DNA from: a phage
Direction: 5' to 3' (one strand)
Length of the DNA: 64,000 nucleotides
Sequence record: PZ495249.1
The notes under the pieces were generated by a model that was not told the origin of the DNA, searched no databases, and saw only the letters and a list, made by a program, of their open reading frames with translations. Positions within the stretch are counted from its first letter, which is position 1. Every line of letters begins with the position of its first letter. This document shows, piece by piece, positions 46,804 through 54,371 of the stretch. A program made the translations under genes and the position numbers.

Positions 46804-48897
46804 TTATCTGCGACGAGTAGACCAAGGCTGAGCGAAGGAAGCCCTTGAACTGTTTTGCAGTTTTCCGTATCCGGTGGTTGCTCCCATCGGTGTAGGAATG
46901 GCTACAGCTTTGAATACTTGCTCTTTTGACAATGTGTTGAAGCATGATGCCGCAGCATCGGGAATATCGTCTTTAAGCGTTGCGGTAGAACGTTCCCCGT
47001 TGAACGATTCGAGTTCTTTGTAAAAGTGATCCAAAGTCTCTTTGTTCGGGAATGATTCTTCAACGATGTAAACGAAACCATTCTGACATGCACTACTGAA
47101 CGGCATGAAACGCTGGAGCTTCTTCTTGTTACCAGGCATTGCGTCCGGCTTAACAATGAATCCCTCTGCGATCAATTTCTTCGCTGACTCGGTGTATTCA
47201 ATTAAACCTGCACCAGATGGATCTTTCGGTAACACTACCGTCACTTCATCACCATCAATTTTACATTGCTGGAGAATCAGATTATCACGATCACCTGGTA
47301 GGCGACGGAATCGACCAAAGATCTTGCTGTCTTTATCCTTAGCGTCATAATCATAATCACCAAAGATATAAATATTCCCGTCCGAGTCTTTCGCCATCTT
47401 AACAGATGTTGTATAGTCAGGGTAACGATAAGATTCAGTTGGAACAGAAACAGCCTTATCCCATGCTCGCATGTATTTCAGGTTGTTTGGCAGATCTGCA
47501 AACTTGATTACGTTCAGCCATTCGCGCTGGAAGAAACTCTCTTCTTGCGCACGAGCAAACCAGCAACCATCCAGAAGCTGTGCTCTCTTAACCGCAGTCT
47601 GAGATTTCAGAGCAGCAAGATATTTAGGGTTGAGGCGAATCAATTCAGGGTTATCGAAGATTGTACCACCGATGAACACGAAACTCTGTGGTTCAATGTC
47701 AACCATCTCTCCGGTGTTTGGGTTGATGATTTGACAGTTGTCAGGATACTTCTCTTTGAGTTCTTCTGCTGTCTCAGCAAATACTGGTTCATCTTGAACG
47801 ATGATGAAGTAAAGCTGCTTACCGCACATATCTTCACGAGGGAATCCCGCTTCATCCAGATATGGCAACACCCAATTCAATACCCAACTATCTGCATCAG
47901 GGTTACAGGTGCAAAGCATGAATGACGTTTCAGATTCAGAACGAAGACGACCAAGCAGGTATAGGAATTCATACTGTGTGAAGTGTGTCAATTCGTCGAA
48001 ACCAATCATAGAATACTGTGTACCCTGATGGTTAGTCTCTGCTGTTACGTTATCATTCTCTAAGTGGTCAAACTTGAGCGTACCACCTTTCGTTGCTCTG
48101 AATTCCATCTCCATTGCCTGTTCACGAACGTGCGGGCGTAGTGGAGAATATAGTTTCTTAGCCTCAGAGAACAAGCCCCCTGGTTTACGGTGAGCAGTGG
48201 TATTCTTACGGAATAAGATTCCCCCGAAGAGAGGATCTTTGTATGCGTATTTAAGCGCCTTTAAAAGCAGTAGGCGAGACTTACCGCTATTGCCAGTAAC
48301 GAAGATGTGATCGCCACGTCTAAAGACAACATAGCTACTTGGAGTTTCAAAACAGTATTTCTTATCATCGGTTGTCATTACCTCGTGAATTTTCAGGTGA
48401 GTGCTTGGCTTACCTTGAATGTTAAACGGTACACGCTTTCCAAACGGGTTTTCAATATATCCTCTGAGAGGATGCCCTGCTTGTTGTAACGCGATCAGAT
48501 CCCCAACAAGGATCTCGAAATGCTTCTTGGATTTCTTCTTCTTGTAGAATACAAATCGGTGTTCCATACTCAATTCTTGGAATACACCAACACCATTCGT
48601 AATACGATGTAAGTTGTCACTTGTTTCATGTTCTACGAAATACGGTGAAGTTAGTTCAAGACGTTTATTACGAGGATTGTATTGATAAATATCCTCTCCT
48701 GAATATCCGCTGATTGGCTTCCAGCCATCCACTGTCAGATATTCTGTTTCTGCACTGACACATCCCGCAGCCCCACCGTAAATCATTAGCTCCGGCATTA
48801 AATCCATCGCCAGTGTTTGTTTACCTGGTTGTGCTTTTACTTCAATGTCAGCATCTGCCAACGACATATTGGCCTTAGCTTTTGGTGTCCTTGCCAC
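46804..48897 (-). CDS. terL: terminase large subunit interrupted by a candidate mini-intein
   Basis: Walker A split as YGGAAG / SGKS by a 158-codon insert; Walker B IGFDELTHF; CTCNP motif; GTG start after RBS aggagg. Confidence 0.75.
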   Translation of the reverse strand: MARTPKAKANMSLADADIEVKAQPGKQTLAMDLMPELMIYGGAAGCVSAETEYLTVDGWKPISGYSGEDIYQYNPRNKRLELTSPYFVEHETSDNLHRITNGVGVFQELSMEHRFVFYKKKKSKKHFEILVGDLIALQQAGHPLRGYIENPFGKRVPFNIQGKPSTHLKIHEVMTTDDKKYCFETPSSYVVFRRGDHIFVTGNSGKSRLLLLKALKYAYKDPLFGGILFRKNTTAHRKPGGLFSEAKKLYSPLRPHVREQAMEMEFRATKGGTLKFDHLENDNVTAETNHQGTQYSMIGFDELTHFTQYEFLYLLGRLRSESETSFMLCTCNPDADSWVLNWVLPYLDEAGFPREDMCGKQLYFIIVQDEPVFAETAEELKEKYPDNCQIINPNTGEMVDIEPQSFVFIGGTIFDNPELIRLNPKYLAALKSQTAVKRAQLLDGCWFARAQEESFFQREWLNVIKFADLPNNLKYMRAWDKAVSVPTESYRYPDYTTSVKMAKDSDGNIYIFGDYDYDAKDKDSKIFGRFRRLPGDRDNLILQQCKIDGDEVTVVLPKDPSGAGLIEYTESAKKLIAEGFIVKPDAMPGNKKKLQRFMPFSSACQNGFVYIVEESFPNKETLDHFYKELESFNGERSTATLKDDIPDAAASCFNTLSKEQVFKAVAIPTPMGATTGYGKLQNSSRASFAQPWSTRRR
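48289..48762 (-). mobile_element. candidate mini-intein (Hint domain, no endonuclease domain) in the terminase P-loop
   Basis: Begins with Cys (CVSAETEYLTVDGW), ends with Asn followed by Ser; 158 aa; removal restores GGAAGSGKS. Confidence 0.55.
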
Positions 48898-48905
48898 TTA
48901 TCCTC

Positions 48906-49235
48906 CTACTTGGAAATGATACCTTTCTCTTGCAATGTTCTGATATAATTCTGCAAGGATGTTAGTTTAGCTCTATCTTTACTCCACAACACATTGTTTG
49001 AGGCTTGGTTATCAACCACCTCAGAACGGCTCACGCCGCGCTCTATCTGTTTTGTAGTGTAAGGAATAGGGTGAGATGGGTTATCCATGTCTGTAGCGTC
49101 TGGAGCCTTAATCTGCTCCGTTGCTACCGCTTTGCATTGATCAATTAGAATCGGTTGGGAAGCTTTCGTTGATGATGCGCAGCCCGTCATCGCGAGGGGC
49201 AAAGCAAGACATAGAGCCAGCAGAAGTTTTCGCAT
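48906..49235 (-). CDS. o-spanin (Rz1-like outer-membrane lipoprotein)
   Basis: MRKLLLALCLALPLAMTGC signal peptide with lipobox Cys; start lies inside the i-spanin gene in another frame. Confidence 0.6.
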   Translation of the reverse strand: MRKLLLALCLALPLAMTGCASSTKASQPILIDQCKAVATEQIKAPDATDMDNPSHPIPYTTKQIERGVSRSEVVDNQASNNVLWSKDRAKLTSLQNYIRTLQEKGIISK

Positions 49236-49584
49236 AGTCAGTCTTCTCTTGGTTAGTCTTCCTTTCTTTCTTATCAAGTTGCTCACGAAGATCTTTGTTC
49301 GTTGCTGAAAGAGAGGTGATTTGTTTATTAAGATCAGTTCTGTCCTTGTCGGCTTGTGCCTGGAGAACATCAAACTGTTGTTTAGCTTTTGCCTGATTAT
49401 TCTTATCAACTTGCACTTGATATGCAATACCAGCACCATACCCTTCTTGGTATATGCTGTCTCGGATACTTGCTGCACATAGATATAGAACAATCACAGA
49501 TGCAATGATGAGAATAGCACTTCTCACCCACTTATTCTGAAATATCTTCGCCAGTAGGCTCAGGAATGTCGTCATAATCTGCAA
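49141..49584 (-). CDS. i-spanin (Rz-like)
   Basis: N-terminal transmembrane helix SAILIIASVIVLYLCAASI followed by a charged coiled coil. Confidence 0.6.
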   Translation of the reverse strand: MQIMTTFLSLLAKIFQNKWVRSAILIIASVIVLYLCAASIRDSIYQEGYGAGIAYQVQVDKNNQAKAKQQFDVLQAQADKDRTDLNKQITSLSATNKDLREQLDKKERKTNQEKTDYAKTSAGSMSCFAPRDDGLRIINESFPTDSN

Positions 49585-49947
49585 ACCTTATCTTCGGGAG
49601 ACTCGGTGAATTATTCTTGATTTGTTTCACTGCCATTGGCTGAGCTTCTTGAAGAATCTCTTCCCATGTCTTTTCCGTCATCATAATCTAATTCCTCATC
49701 GAGATCCCAGTTACGGGAATAATCATTCTTCTTGTCACGGTGGACAGAAGAACGGTTAAAGTCATTCTTTGCTACATAGTTTCTCATACTTTCCTCCTTT
49801 TCTTTGATCTTATCACAAAACGCACAGTAATTGCAAGCATTTTAAACGAAAAAATCCCCTAACCTTTCGGAGAGGGGCGTTAAATAACGAGGAGGATGGG
49901 AGCAAGGCTCCCAAGAGAGGAGAGATGTTAATCAAGCAGACACTTGA

Positions 49948-50247
49948 TTAGATTGAGATTTTAAGACGTTCAGTACCAGCAGACTCAGGCGTTTCCTCGT
50001 CGGCTTCTTCCATTGCTTCGTAATGTTCTTCCAGCCATCCTTCGACTTGCTCTTTGACAGTCTTCGCTGCTTGGAAGCGCAGATTCTTGGGTGCTTGATC
50101 GTCCATAACAAGTTCGACGATATATTTCATAGCAGCCAGATATTTATCTGCGAACAGTTCCTTTACTTGTGCCTGGGCAGCGTCCATCGCGTAGATTTGC
50201 TGCATCTCGGCTGTTGGTCTACCACGACCACGTTTTAGTTTTGGCAT
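49948..50247 (-). CDS. hypothetical small DNA-binding protein (possible terminase small subunit)
   Basis: 99 aa; basic N-terminus MPKLKRGRGRP, acidic C-terminus. Confidence 0.3.
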   Translation of the reverse strand: MPKLKRGRGRPTAEMQQIYAMDAAQAQVKELFADKYLAAMKYIVELVMDDQAPKNLRFQAAKTVKEQVEGWLEEHYEAMEEADEETPESAGTERLKISI

Positions 50248-50321
50248 AATTGCACCTCCTAATAATTCATTTTAACATGAAATTATTAGTTTGTAAAGTA
50301 ATTTGTTTTGGACAAAAGAAA

Positions 50322-50338
50322 ACCCGCCGGAGCGGGTT
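50322..50338 (-). terminator. intrinsic terminator at the 3' end of the tRNA array
   Basis: Minus sense AACCCGC-TCCG-GCGGGTT followed by TTCTTTTGT. Confidence 0.55.
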
Positions 50339-50449
50339 ATCAGATTTGCGTTTAGAAGTCGCAACCCTTCACTCTTAGAAGGAACCAGGCAAGGTCTTCG
50401 AAGATACCGCTGGAGCGGAATTTGGTATTCAGACTTGCGTCTTCAATAT

Positions 50450-50524
50450 TGGTTGTAGCAGATGGAATCGAACCATCATCAATCGGTTATCAGCCGAACG
50501 TATTAGCCGTTATACTATGCCACA
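50450..50524 (-). tRNA. tRNA-Ile (anticodon GAT)
   Basis: 7 bp acceptor with encoded CCA, loop CTGATAA, T arm GATGG-TTCGATT-CCATC; hand-folded. Confidence 0.55.
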
Positions 50525-50530
50525 ATTGTT

Positions 50531-50613
50531 TGGCATCCAGGTGAGGAATCTAACCCCTTGAAACTGGTTTTGGAGGCCAGCAACGGGAACACCCATTTTT
50601 AATCTACCCAGAT
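50531..50613 (-). tRNA. tRNA-like element, possibly Trp (CCA) with aberrant D region
   Basis: Acceptor pairs with two G/U wobbles; loop CTCCAAA; T loop TTAGATT lacks C56; D region about 7 nt too long. Confidence 0.25.
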
Positions 50614-50619
50614 ATTGTT

Positions 50620-50695
50620 TGGAGGCGGGAGCCGGAATCGAACCGACCTGCGACAAGCATATGAAACTTGTGAGTTCCCAGAACTCTATCCCGCA
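50620..50695 (-). tRNA. tRNA-Met (anticodon CAT) with U1/C72 mismatch
   Basis: Loop TTCATAT, T arm GTCGG-TTCGATT-CCGGC, CCA encoded. Confidence 0.5.
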
Positions 50696-50776
50696 CTTTT
50701 GGTTGATAGTAAGAGAATCAAACTCTTCTCACAACGCCGTATGAAAGCGTCCGAAACATCAGCTTCACACTATCAA

Positions 50777-51040
50777 TTAAACACGATGGATTATTTTAAC
50801 TGTCTCACCCTTATCATTCATAAGGTAGGCACTTTCATTCCTATGAATAAAGTCCGTAGAGTTGCCACTAATGACACTTGCAATAACACCATCCAGCTTA
50901 TCATAACCTTCAAAATGATATTGGATGTGTATATTTCCATCAAGTTCTATATAATGTTCTTCTTCATCTACCTCGTAAGGTACTGAGTCATAAATTTTTG
51001 TCCCTTTGGGGAACTTGCGAACTATTTTCAATGTATACAT
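50777..51040 (-). CDS. hypothetical protein inside the tRNA array
   Basis: 87 aa; RBS gaaggaaa. Confidence 0.4.
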   Translation of the reverse strand: MYTLKIVRKFPKGTKIYDSVPYEVDEEEHYIELDGNIHIQYHFEGYDKLDGVIASVISGNSTDFIHRNESAYLMNDKGETVKIIHRV

Positions 51041-51124
51041 AGTATTTCCTTCGTAGTGTTTATATTAGTAATATGCCGTCCCAAGCCGAACGGCGATTAG
51101 TGTTTTAGCTTGGCATTGATAATA

Positions 51125-51199
51125 TGGTACTTCCTGGAGGAATCGAACCACCGACGCTCACCTTGTAAGGATGACGTTCTACCATTGAACTAAGGAAGT
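51125..51199 (-). tRNA. tRNA-Val (anticodon TAC)
   Basis: D arm GTTC-AATGGTA-GAAC, loop CTTACAA, T loop TTCGATT. Confidence 0.6.
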
Positions 51200-51272
51200 A
51201 TGGCGGGGATTTTCCGCACTGTCTATCGCGATATGGACTCGGACAGTGTTCTCGGCTAAATACCCCATTGTT

Positions 51273-51359
51273 TGGTACATCAGGTCAGACTCGAACTGAC
51301 ACGCCCTCACGAGCACTGGAACCTAAATCCAGGGCGTCTACCAATTTCGCCACTGATGC
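51273..51359 (-). tRNA. tRNA-Leu (anticodon TAG), long variable arm
   Basis: Loop TTTAGGT, 15 nt variable arm, T loop TTCGAGT. Confidence 0.6.
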
Positions 51360-51367
51360 ATTTAATT

Positions 51368-51444
51368 TGGTGGAGAAGTGGAGAATCGAACTCCATACTC
51401 GAAGGTGCAAACCTCGTGTTTTAACCGAATATTACTACATCCCC
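51368..51444 (-). tRNA. tRNA-Ala (anticodon TGC)
   Basis: Loop TTTGCAC; G3/U70 wobble in the acceptor stem (Ala identity element); T arm TGGAG-TTCGATT-CTCCA. Confidence 0.6.
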
Positions 51445-51506
51445 AATTTGTATACACTACACAGAAGATAGGTCTGATTGCCTCGGCAGTTGCCGTAGTG
51501 TTTATC

Positions 51507-51582
51507 TGGTACGGATGGAAGGAGTCGAACCTCCGACGCAGGGCTTCGTAGACCCTCGTTCTATCCACTGAACTACACCCGT
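51507..51582 (-). tRNA. tRNA-Arg (anticodon ACG)
   Basis: D arm GTTC-AGTGGATA-GAAC, loop CTACGAA, T arm GGAGG-TTCGACT-CCTTC. Confidence 0.7.
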
Positions 51583-51588
51583 ATTGTT

Positions 51589-51663
51589 TGGTGCAGAGTG
51601 TTGGTAACGATCCAACCTGTGTGGCTTTTCAGACCACCACTAATCCATCTCAGTTAACTCTGC
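51589..51663 (-). tRNA. tRNA-Phe (anticodon GAA)
   Basis: Loop CTGAAAA; T loop ATCGTTA (A54/U58 covariation). Confidence 0.6.
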
Positions 51664-51669
51664 ATAATC

Positions 51670-51745
51670 TGGTCAGTGAGAGAGGACTCGAACCTCCAAC
51701 AGCTACGCCCCAAACGTAACACTCTACCACTTGAGCTACTCACTG
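51670..51745 (-). tRNA. tRNA-Pro (anticodon TGG)
   Basis: C1-G72 first pair typical of bacterial tRNA-Pro; loop TTTGGGG. Confidence 0.6.
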
Positions 51746-51752
51746 ATAAATC

Positions 51753-51827
51753 TGGCTACAGGTCTTGGGATCGAACCAAGTCATACGGTGGTCAAAGCAC
51801 CGTGCCTTCCCATTTGGCTACCCTGTA
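51753..51827 (-). tRNA. tRNA-Gln (anticodon TTG)
   Basis: U1-A72 and 3 bp D stem GCC/GGC as in E. coli tRNA-Gln; loop CTTTGAC. Confidence 0.6.
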
Positions 51828-51834
51828 ATTAAAT

Positions 51835-51922
51835 TGGTATCGTGGACGAGATTCGAACTCGCAAGGGATTACTCCCGCCAGATTGAAAGTCTGGTTACTT
51901 AGGCCGTTTTGTATACCACGAT
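51835..51922 (-). tRNA. long-variable-arm (type II) tRNA with anticodon loop CTTTCAA (anticodon TTC); isotype ambiguous
   Basis: Perfect acceptor ATCGTGG/CCACGAT, anticodon stem CCAGA/TCTGG, 15 nt variable arm with GGGA-GTAA-TCCC stem, T arm GCGAG-TTCGAAT-CTCGT. Confidence 0.45.
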
Positions 51923-52025
51923 ATAAAATTTCTTAAAGAGAACTGCTGAAAGTTGAAGGAGAAAACCATGAGCGAAAAGAGAAAAGGTTTCCAGCAGTTC
52001 CATTTAAAAAATCTCGTAGGGTTGT

Positions 52026-52104
52026 TGGCGCGGGTGACAGGATTCGAACCTGCGACGAACTGGGTGGAAGCCAGACACTCTACCAAACTGAGTTACACAC
52101 GCGC
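52026..52104 (-). tRNA. tRNA-Gly (anticodon TCC)
   Basis: Loop CTTCCAC, T arm GCAGG-TTCGAAT-CCTGT; D region slightly long. Confidence 0.5.
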
Positions 52105-52170
52105 TGATTAACAACTCTATAATACTACTCTACTACATTTTAGCCCTCGTTGTCAAGGGCTTTTGACAAA

Positions 52171-52497
52171 TTATTTCAGAAGTTTTTCCAAACCTTGCTT
52201 CATCGCATACTCTATGAAGAAGTTTAGTTCACCGATTAACTCTGGTTCCCACTGGTCTTCCAAGCCATAACATGAACAATGTCCACCATGAACTTCATAA
52301 AACTTATTGTCACGCTTATCGTAGAAGTAAACATCGGATGATCCAGTGTAGCACTCATACGTATAATCTGCGTACAGGATGATAATATCATCTTCTGTTA
52401 GATCAACATGATAATCACTCATCACTTGATCGAAGTCTGAAAAGTCGTTATCATACACGTCAACATGCAGATACTTTTCTAATTCTTGTTTATCCAT
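52171..52497 (-). CDS. hypothetical acidic protein inside the tRNA array
   Basis: 108 aa; strong RBS aagaggaggaaac; HGGHCSCYG motif. Confidence 0.5.
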   Translation of the reverse strand: MDKQELEKYLHVDVYDNDFSDFDQVMSDYHVDLTEDDIIILYADYTYECYTGSSDVYFYDKRDNKFYEVHGGHCSCYGLEDQWEPELIGELNFFIEYAMKQGLEKLLK

Positions 52498-52737
52498 GTT
52501 TCCTCCTCTTTAGAATATGTGGGGCAGTGACGGATACCCCTTTGGGTGACAAACCCTACGTTCGGAAGCTCGGTCAGACTGACACAAAACACGAAGTCAA
52601 ATGTCCTTCCTCCCTGCTGTCGATTGGAGAGAGCCGATCCCCTCTGAACTTCATTTAAGCGCGATACCACTTAGGGCTGTCTAACACTTTCCTGAACTTA
52701 CCAATCCACCTAATCCCAGTCACGGTTTCGGATTTTC

Positions 52738-52813
52738 TGGTGCTCCCACACTGAATCGAACAGTGATTTGCGGGTTACAAAGCCGCAGTAATAGGCCATT
52801 ATACGATAGGAGC
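52738..52813 (-). tRNA. tRNA-Thr (anticodon TGT)
   Basis: T arm CACTG-TTCGATT-CAGTG, loop TTTGTAA closed by a C/C mismatch. Confidence 0.55.
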
Positions 52814-52819
52814 AAATTT

Positions 52820-52895
52820 TGGCGGGCAATATTGGATTCGAACCAATTACCATTCGGTTAACAGCCGACCGCACATCCGTATGTGCTTATCACCC
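52820..52895 (-). tRNA. tRNA-Asn (anticodon GTT)
   Basis: Loop CTGTTAA, T arm ATTGG-TTCGAAT-CCAAT, acceptor with two G/U pairs. Confidence 0.55.
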
Positions 52896-52973
52896 ATGTT
52901 CTTCGTTAAGAGTAGGCGCGTTTCATCAGTCGCCTCGTGTTATTTTCTCCTGTTTCCAGGCTCCCTTTAGTGC

Positions 52974-53096
52974 TCGCGAGGGAGGGATTCGAACCACTCA
53001 CCTCTGCCAGAGCCAACCAGATCTTTCGGGTAATTACTCCGTCCAACCATTTGATTAACCTGCTGGCAGCGTCCATCGCCCTTAGACTGCCTCGCG
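52974..53096 (-). ncRNA. tRNA-like element, 123 nt, perfect 7 bp acceptor but weak T stem (pseudo-tRNA or tRNA with insertion)
   Basis: Acceptor CGCGAGG/CCTCGCG, T loop TTCGAAT present, about 35 nt more than a type II tRNA. Confidence 0.2.
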
Positions 53097-53136
53097 TCTG
53101 TCAATTCAGATGCCACTAAAGCTCTCTCAACTAATT

Positions 53137-53220
53137 TGGTGTGGGTAGATGGATTCGAACCACCGCGCCTTTCGGATCAGATTTACAGTCTGGTGCATTC
53201 AGCCACTCTGCCATACCCAC
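53137..53220 (-). tRNA. tRNA-Tyr (anticodon GTA), long variable arm
   Basis: Loop CTGTAAA, T arm GGTGG-TTCGAAT-CCATC, CCA encoded. Confidence 0.7.
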
Positions 53221-53226
53221 ATTGTT

Positions 53227-53303
53227 TGGTGCGCCGGAAAGGATTCGAACCTTTAGTCCTCTCATTAAAAGTGAGATGCCTTATCCAGTTTAGCTACCGA
53301 CGC
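53227..53303 (-). tRNA. tRNA-Lys (anticodon TTT)
   Basis: D arm GCTA-AACTGGATAA, loop CTTTTAA, T arm AAAGG-TTCGAAT-CCTTT. Confidence 0.7.
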
Positions 53304-53443
53304 ATAAATTTTCTTTAGGATAGGAAGTGTGGGGCACTTCACTATTTATATCGGTGATGGTTGCCGCCATCTGCCGAAAGTTTACTCTATCTAAGTAAGA
53401 GTCGAAACGCTACACGAATAGTATTTCTATCATAAAGAAAACT

Positions 53444-53529
53444 TGGCGGAAGAGGGGAGGGTTGAACTCCCACGCCCTTTCGGACGGCAGTTTAGCAAAC
53501 TGCTATGGCTACCATTTCATCACTCTTCC
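53444..53529 (-). tRNA. tRNA-Ser (anticodon GCT), long variable arm
   Basis: Loop TTGCTAA, 14 nt variable arm, T arm GGGAG-TTCAACC-CTCCC. Confidence 0.65.
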
Positions 53530-53537
53530 ATTTTGTT

Positions 53538-53614
53538 TGGCAGTCGCGACGGGTTACGATCCCGCATTCTCTCCCGTGACAGGGGAGTACCATTACCAAG
53601 CCAGCCCCGCGACT
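53538..53614 (-). tRNA. tRNA-Asp (anticodon GTC)
   Basis: Anticodon arm CTCCC-CTGTCAC-GGGAG; T loop ATCGTAA. Confidence 0.65.
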
Positions 53615-53621
53615 ATTAATT

Positions 53622-53711
53622 TGGAGGAAGATAATGGAGTCGAACCATCACCGTATCACTACAATGGGCCAGGGTTCAAATCTGGTTGCGTACCACTACG
53701 CCCTATCTTCC
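53622..53711 (-). tRNA. tRNA-Ser (anticodon TGA), long variable arm
   Basis: Acceptor GGAAGAT/ATCTTCC, loop TTTGAAC, long variable arm. Confidence 0.55.
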
Positions 53712-53775
53712 AATCTATACTTCTTAGTCTATCATACTTTTCAATCGGTTGTCAATAGCTTTTTGAAAATTATTT

Positions 53776-53853
53776 TGGTCGGGGAGATAGGACTCGAACC
53801 TACATTTCCTCCATTACGCTATACGGCTTAGAAGACCGCCACGGTACACCCCG
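53776..53853 (-). tRNA. tRNA-like element, possibly Arg (TCT), with aberrant D region
   Basis: T arm GTAGG-TTCGAGT-CCTAT and arm GCGGT-CTTCTAA-GCCGT present, but no canonical D arm and 19 nt between anticodon and T arms. Confidence 0.3.
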
Positions 53854-53881
53854 ATCTCTTAGTGCTGACTATAACATAACT

Positions 53882-54052
53882 TATTCGTTACTGTCAAGCT
53901 CTTTTTTAATTTCTTTTCTTGCTTTCTGACGTTCAGTGGCTTTACACACTTCCTGCCAAGATTCGTACTCGTCACCTTTACGGTAGCCACGGCTACGACA
54001 AAGGGAGCAGAGACAACCTTCTTGACGATATTTCAAACCATGAGGTTTCATA
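53882..54052 (-). CDS. hypothetical small Cys-rich protein (not in ORF track, 56 aa)
   Basis: ATG after strong RBS aaggaggatatATG; MKPHGLKYRQEGCLCSLCRSRGYRKGDEYESWQEVCK. Confidence 0.4.
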
Positions 54053-54064
54053 TATCCTCCTTAA

Positions 54065-54139
54065 TTGGTGAGCATTACCAGATTCGAACTGGTGTCTTTC
54101 GGGTTTAGAATCCTACGCTTTACCGCTAAGCTAAATGCC
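54065..54139 (-). tRNA. tRNA with anticodon CTA (candidate amber suppressor); low-confidence fold
   Basis: Acceptor GGGCATT/AATGCTC, D arm GCTT-AGCGGTA-AAGC, T arm ACCAG-TTCGAAT-CTGGT, loop TTCTAAA; anticodon stem has two mismatches. Confidence 0.35.
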
Positions 54140-54371
54140 CTTCGTAAATGTCACGACTATCAGGATCGTGATACAATTCTGCAATTTCTTTACTTAAAGT
54201 AGCTCTCAGTATAATCCCTTTGTGCGAAACAATCAAGTAGATTTTCGTTTCACTTACATCTCCAGGGGCTAAGAGTTTACCTCTTACAATCCGCAAACGT
54301 TCTGCTGAATACCCTTCTTCGAGATCAGCCAACATATCTGCCAACGATTTAGAGAAAGTTAACCGATGCAA
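54126..54371 (-). CDS. hypothetical protein (TTG start, weak)
   Basis: 81 aa ORF with weak RBS; 3' end overlaps the CTA tRNA. Confidence 0.25.
   Translation of the reverse strand: MHRLTFSKSLADMLADLEEGYSAERLRIVRGKLLAPGDVSETKIYLIVSHKGIILRATLSKEIAELYHDPDSRDIYEGHLA

Noticed and set aside
49532-49787. Two overlapping small ORFs upstream of the i-spanin as holin candidates
   Set aside because: Both are hydrophilic with no transmembrane segment, and they overlap each other in different frames so at most one is real.
51201-51270. Possible extra tRNA between tRNA-Val and tRNA-Leu (encodes CCA with GGGG/CCCC-paired ends)
   Set aside because: It has no T-loop consensus and no D arm; left as a structured spacer.
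51895-52086. ORFs overlapping tRNA genes (51895..52086, 52479..52670, 52819..53318 cluster, 53462..53831, 55260..55919)
   Set aside because: Their sequence is accounted for by tRNA stems and loops, and their translations have tRNA-driven composition.
51950-52100. Plus-strand mini ORF with an apparent RBS aaggagaaaaccATG at about 51968
   Set aside because: It runs antisense through tRNA-Gly and sits on the opposite strand from every neighbouring gene; the Shine-Dalgarno-like sequence is probably coincidental.
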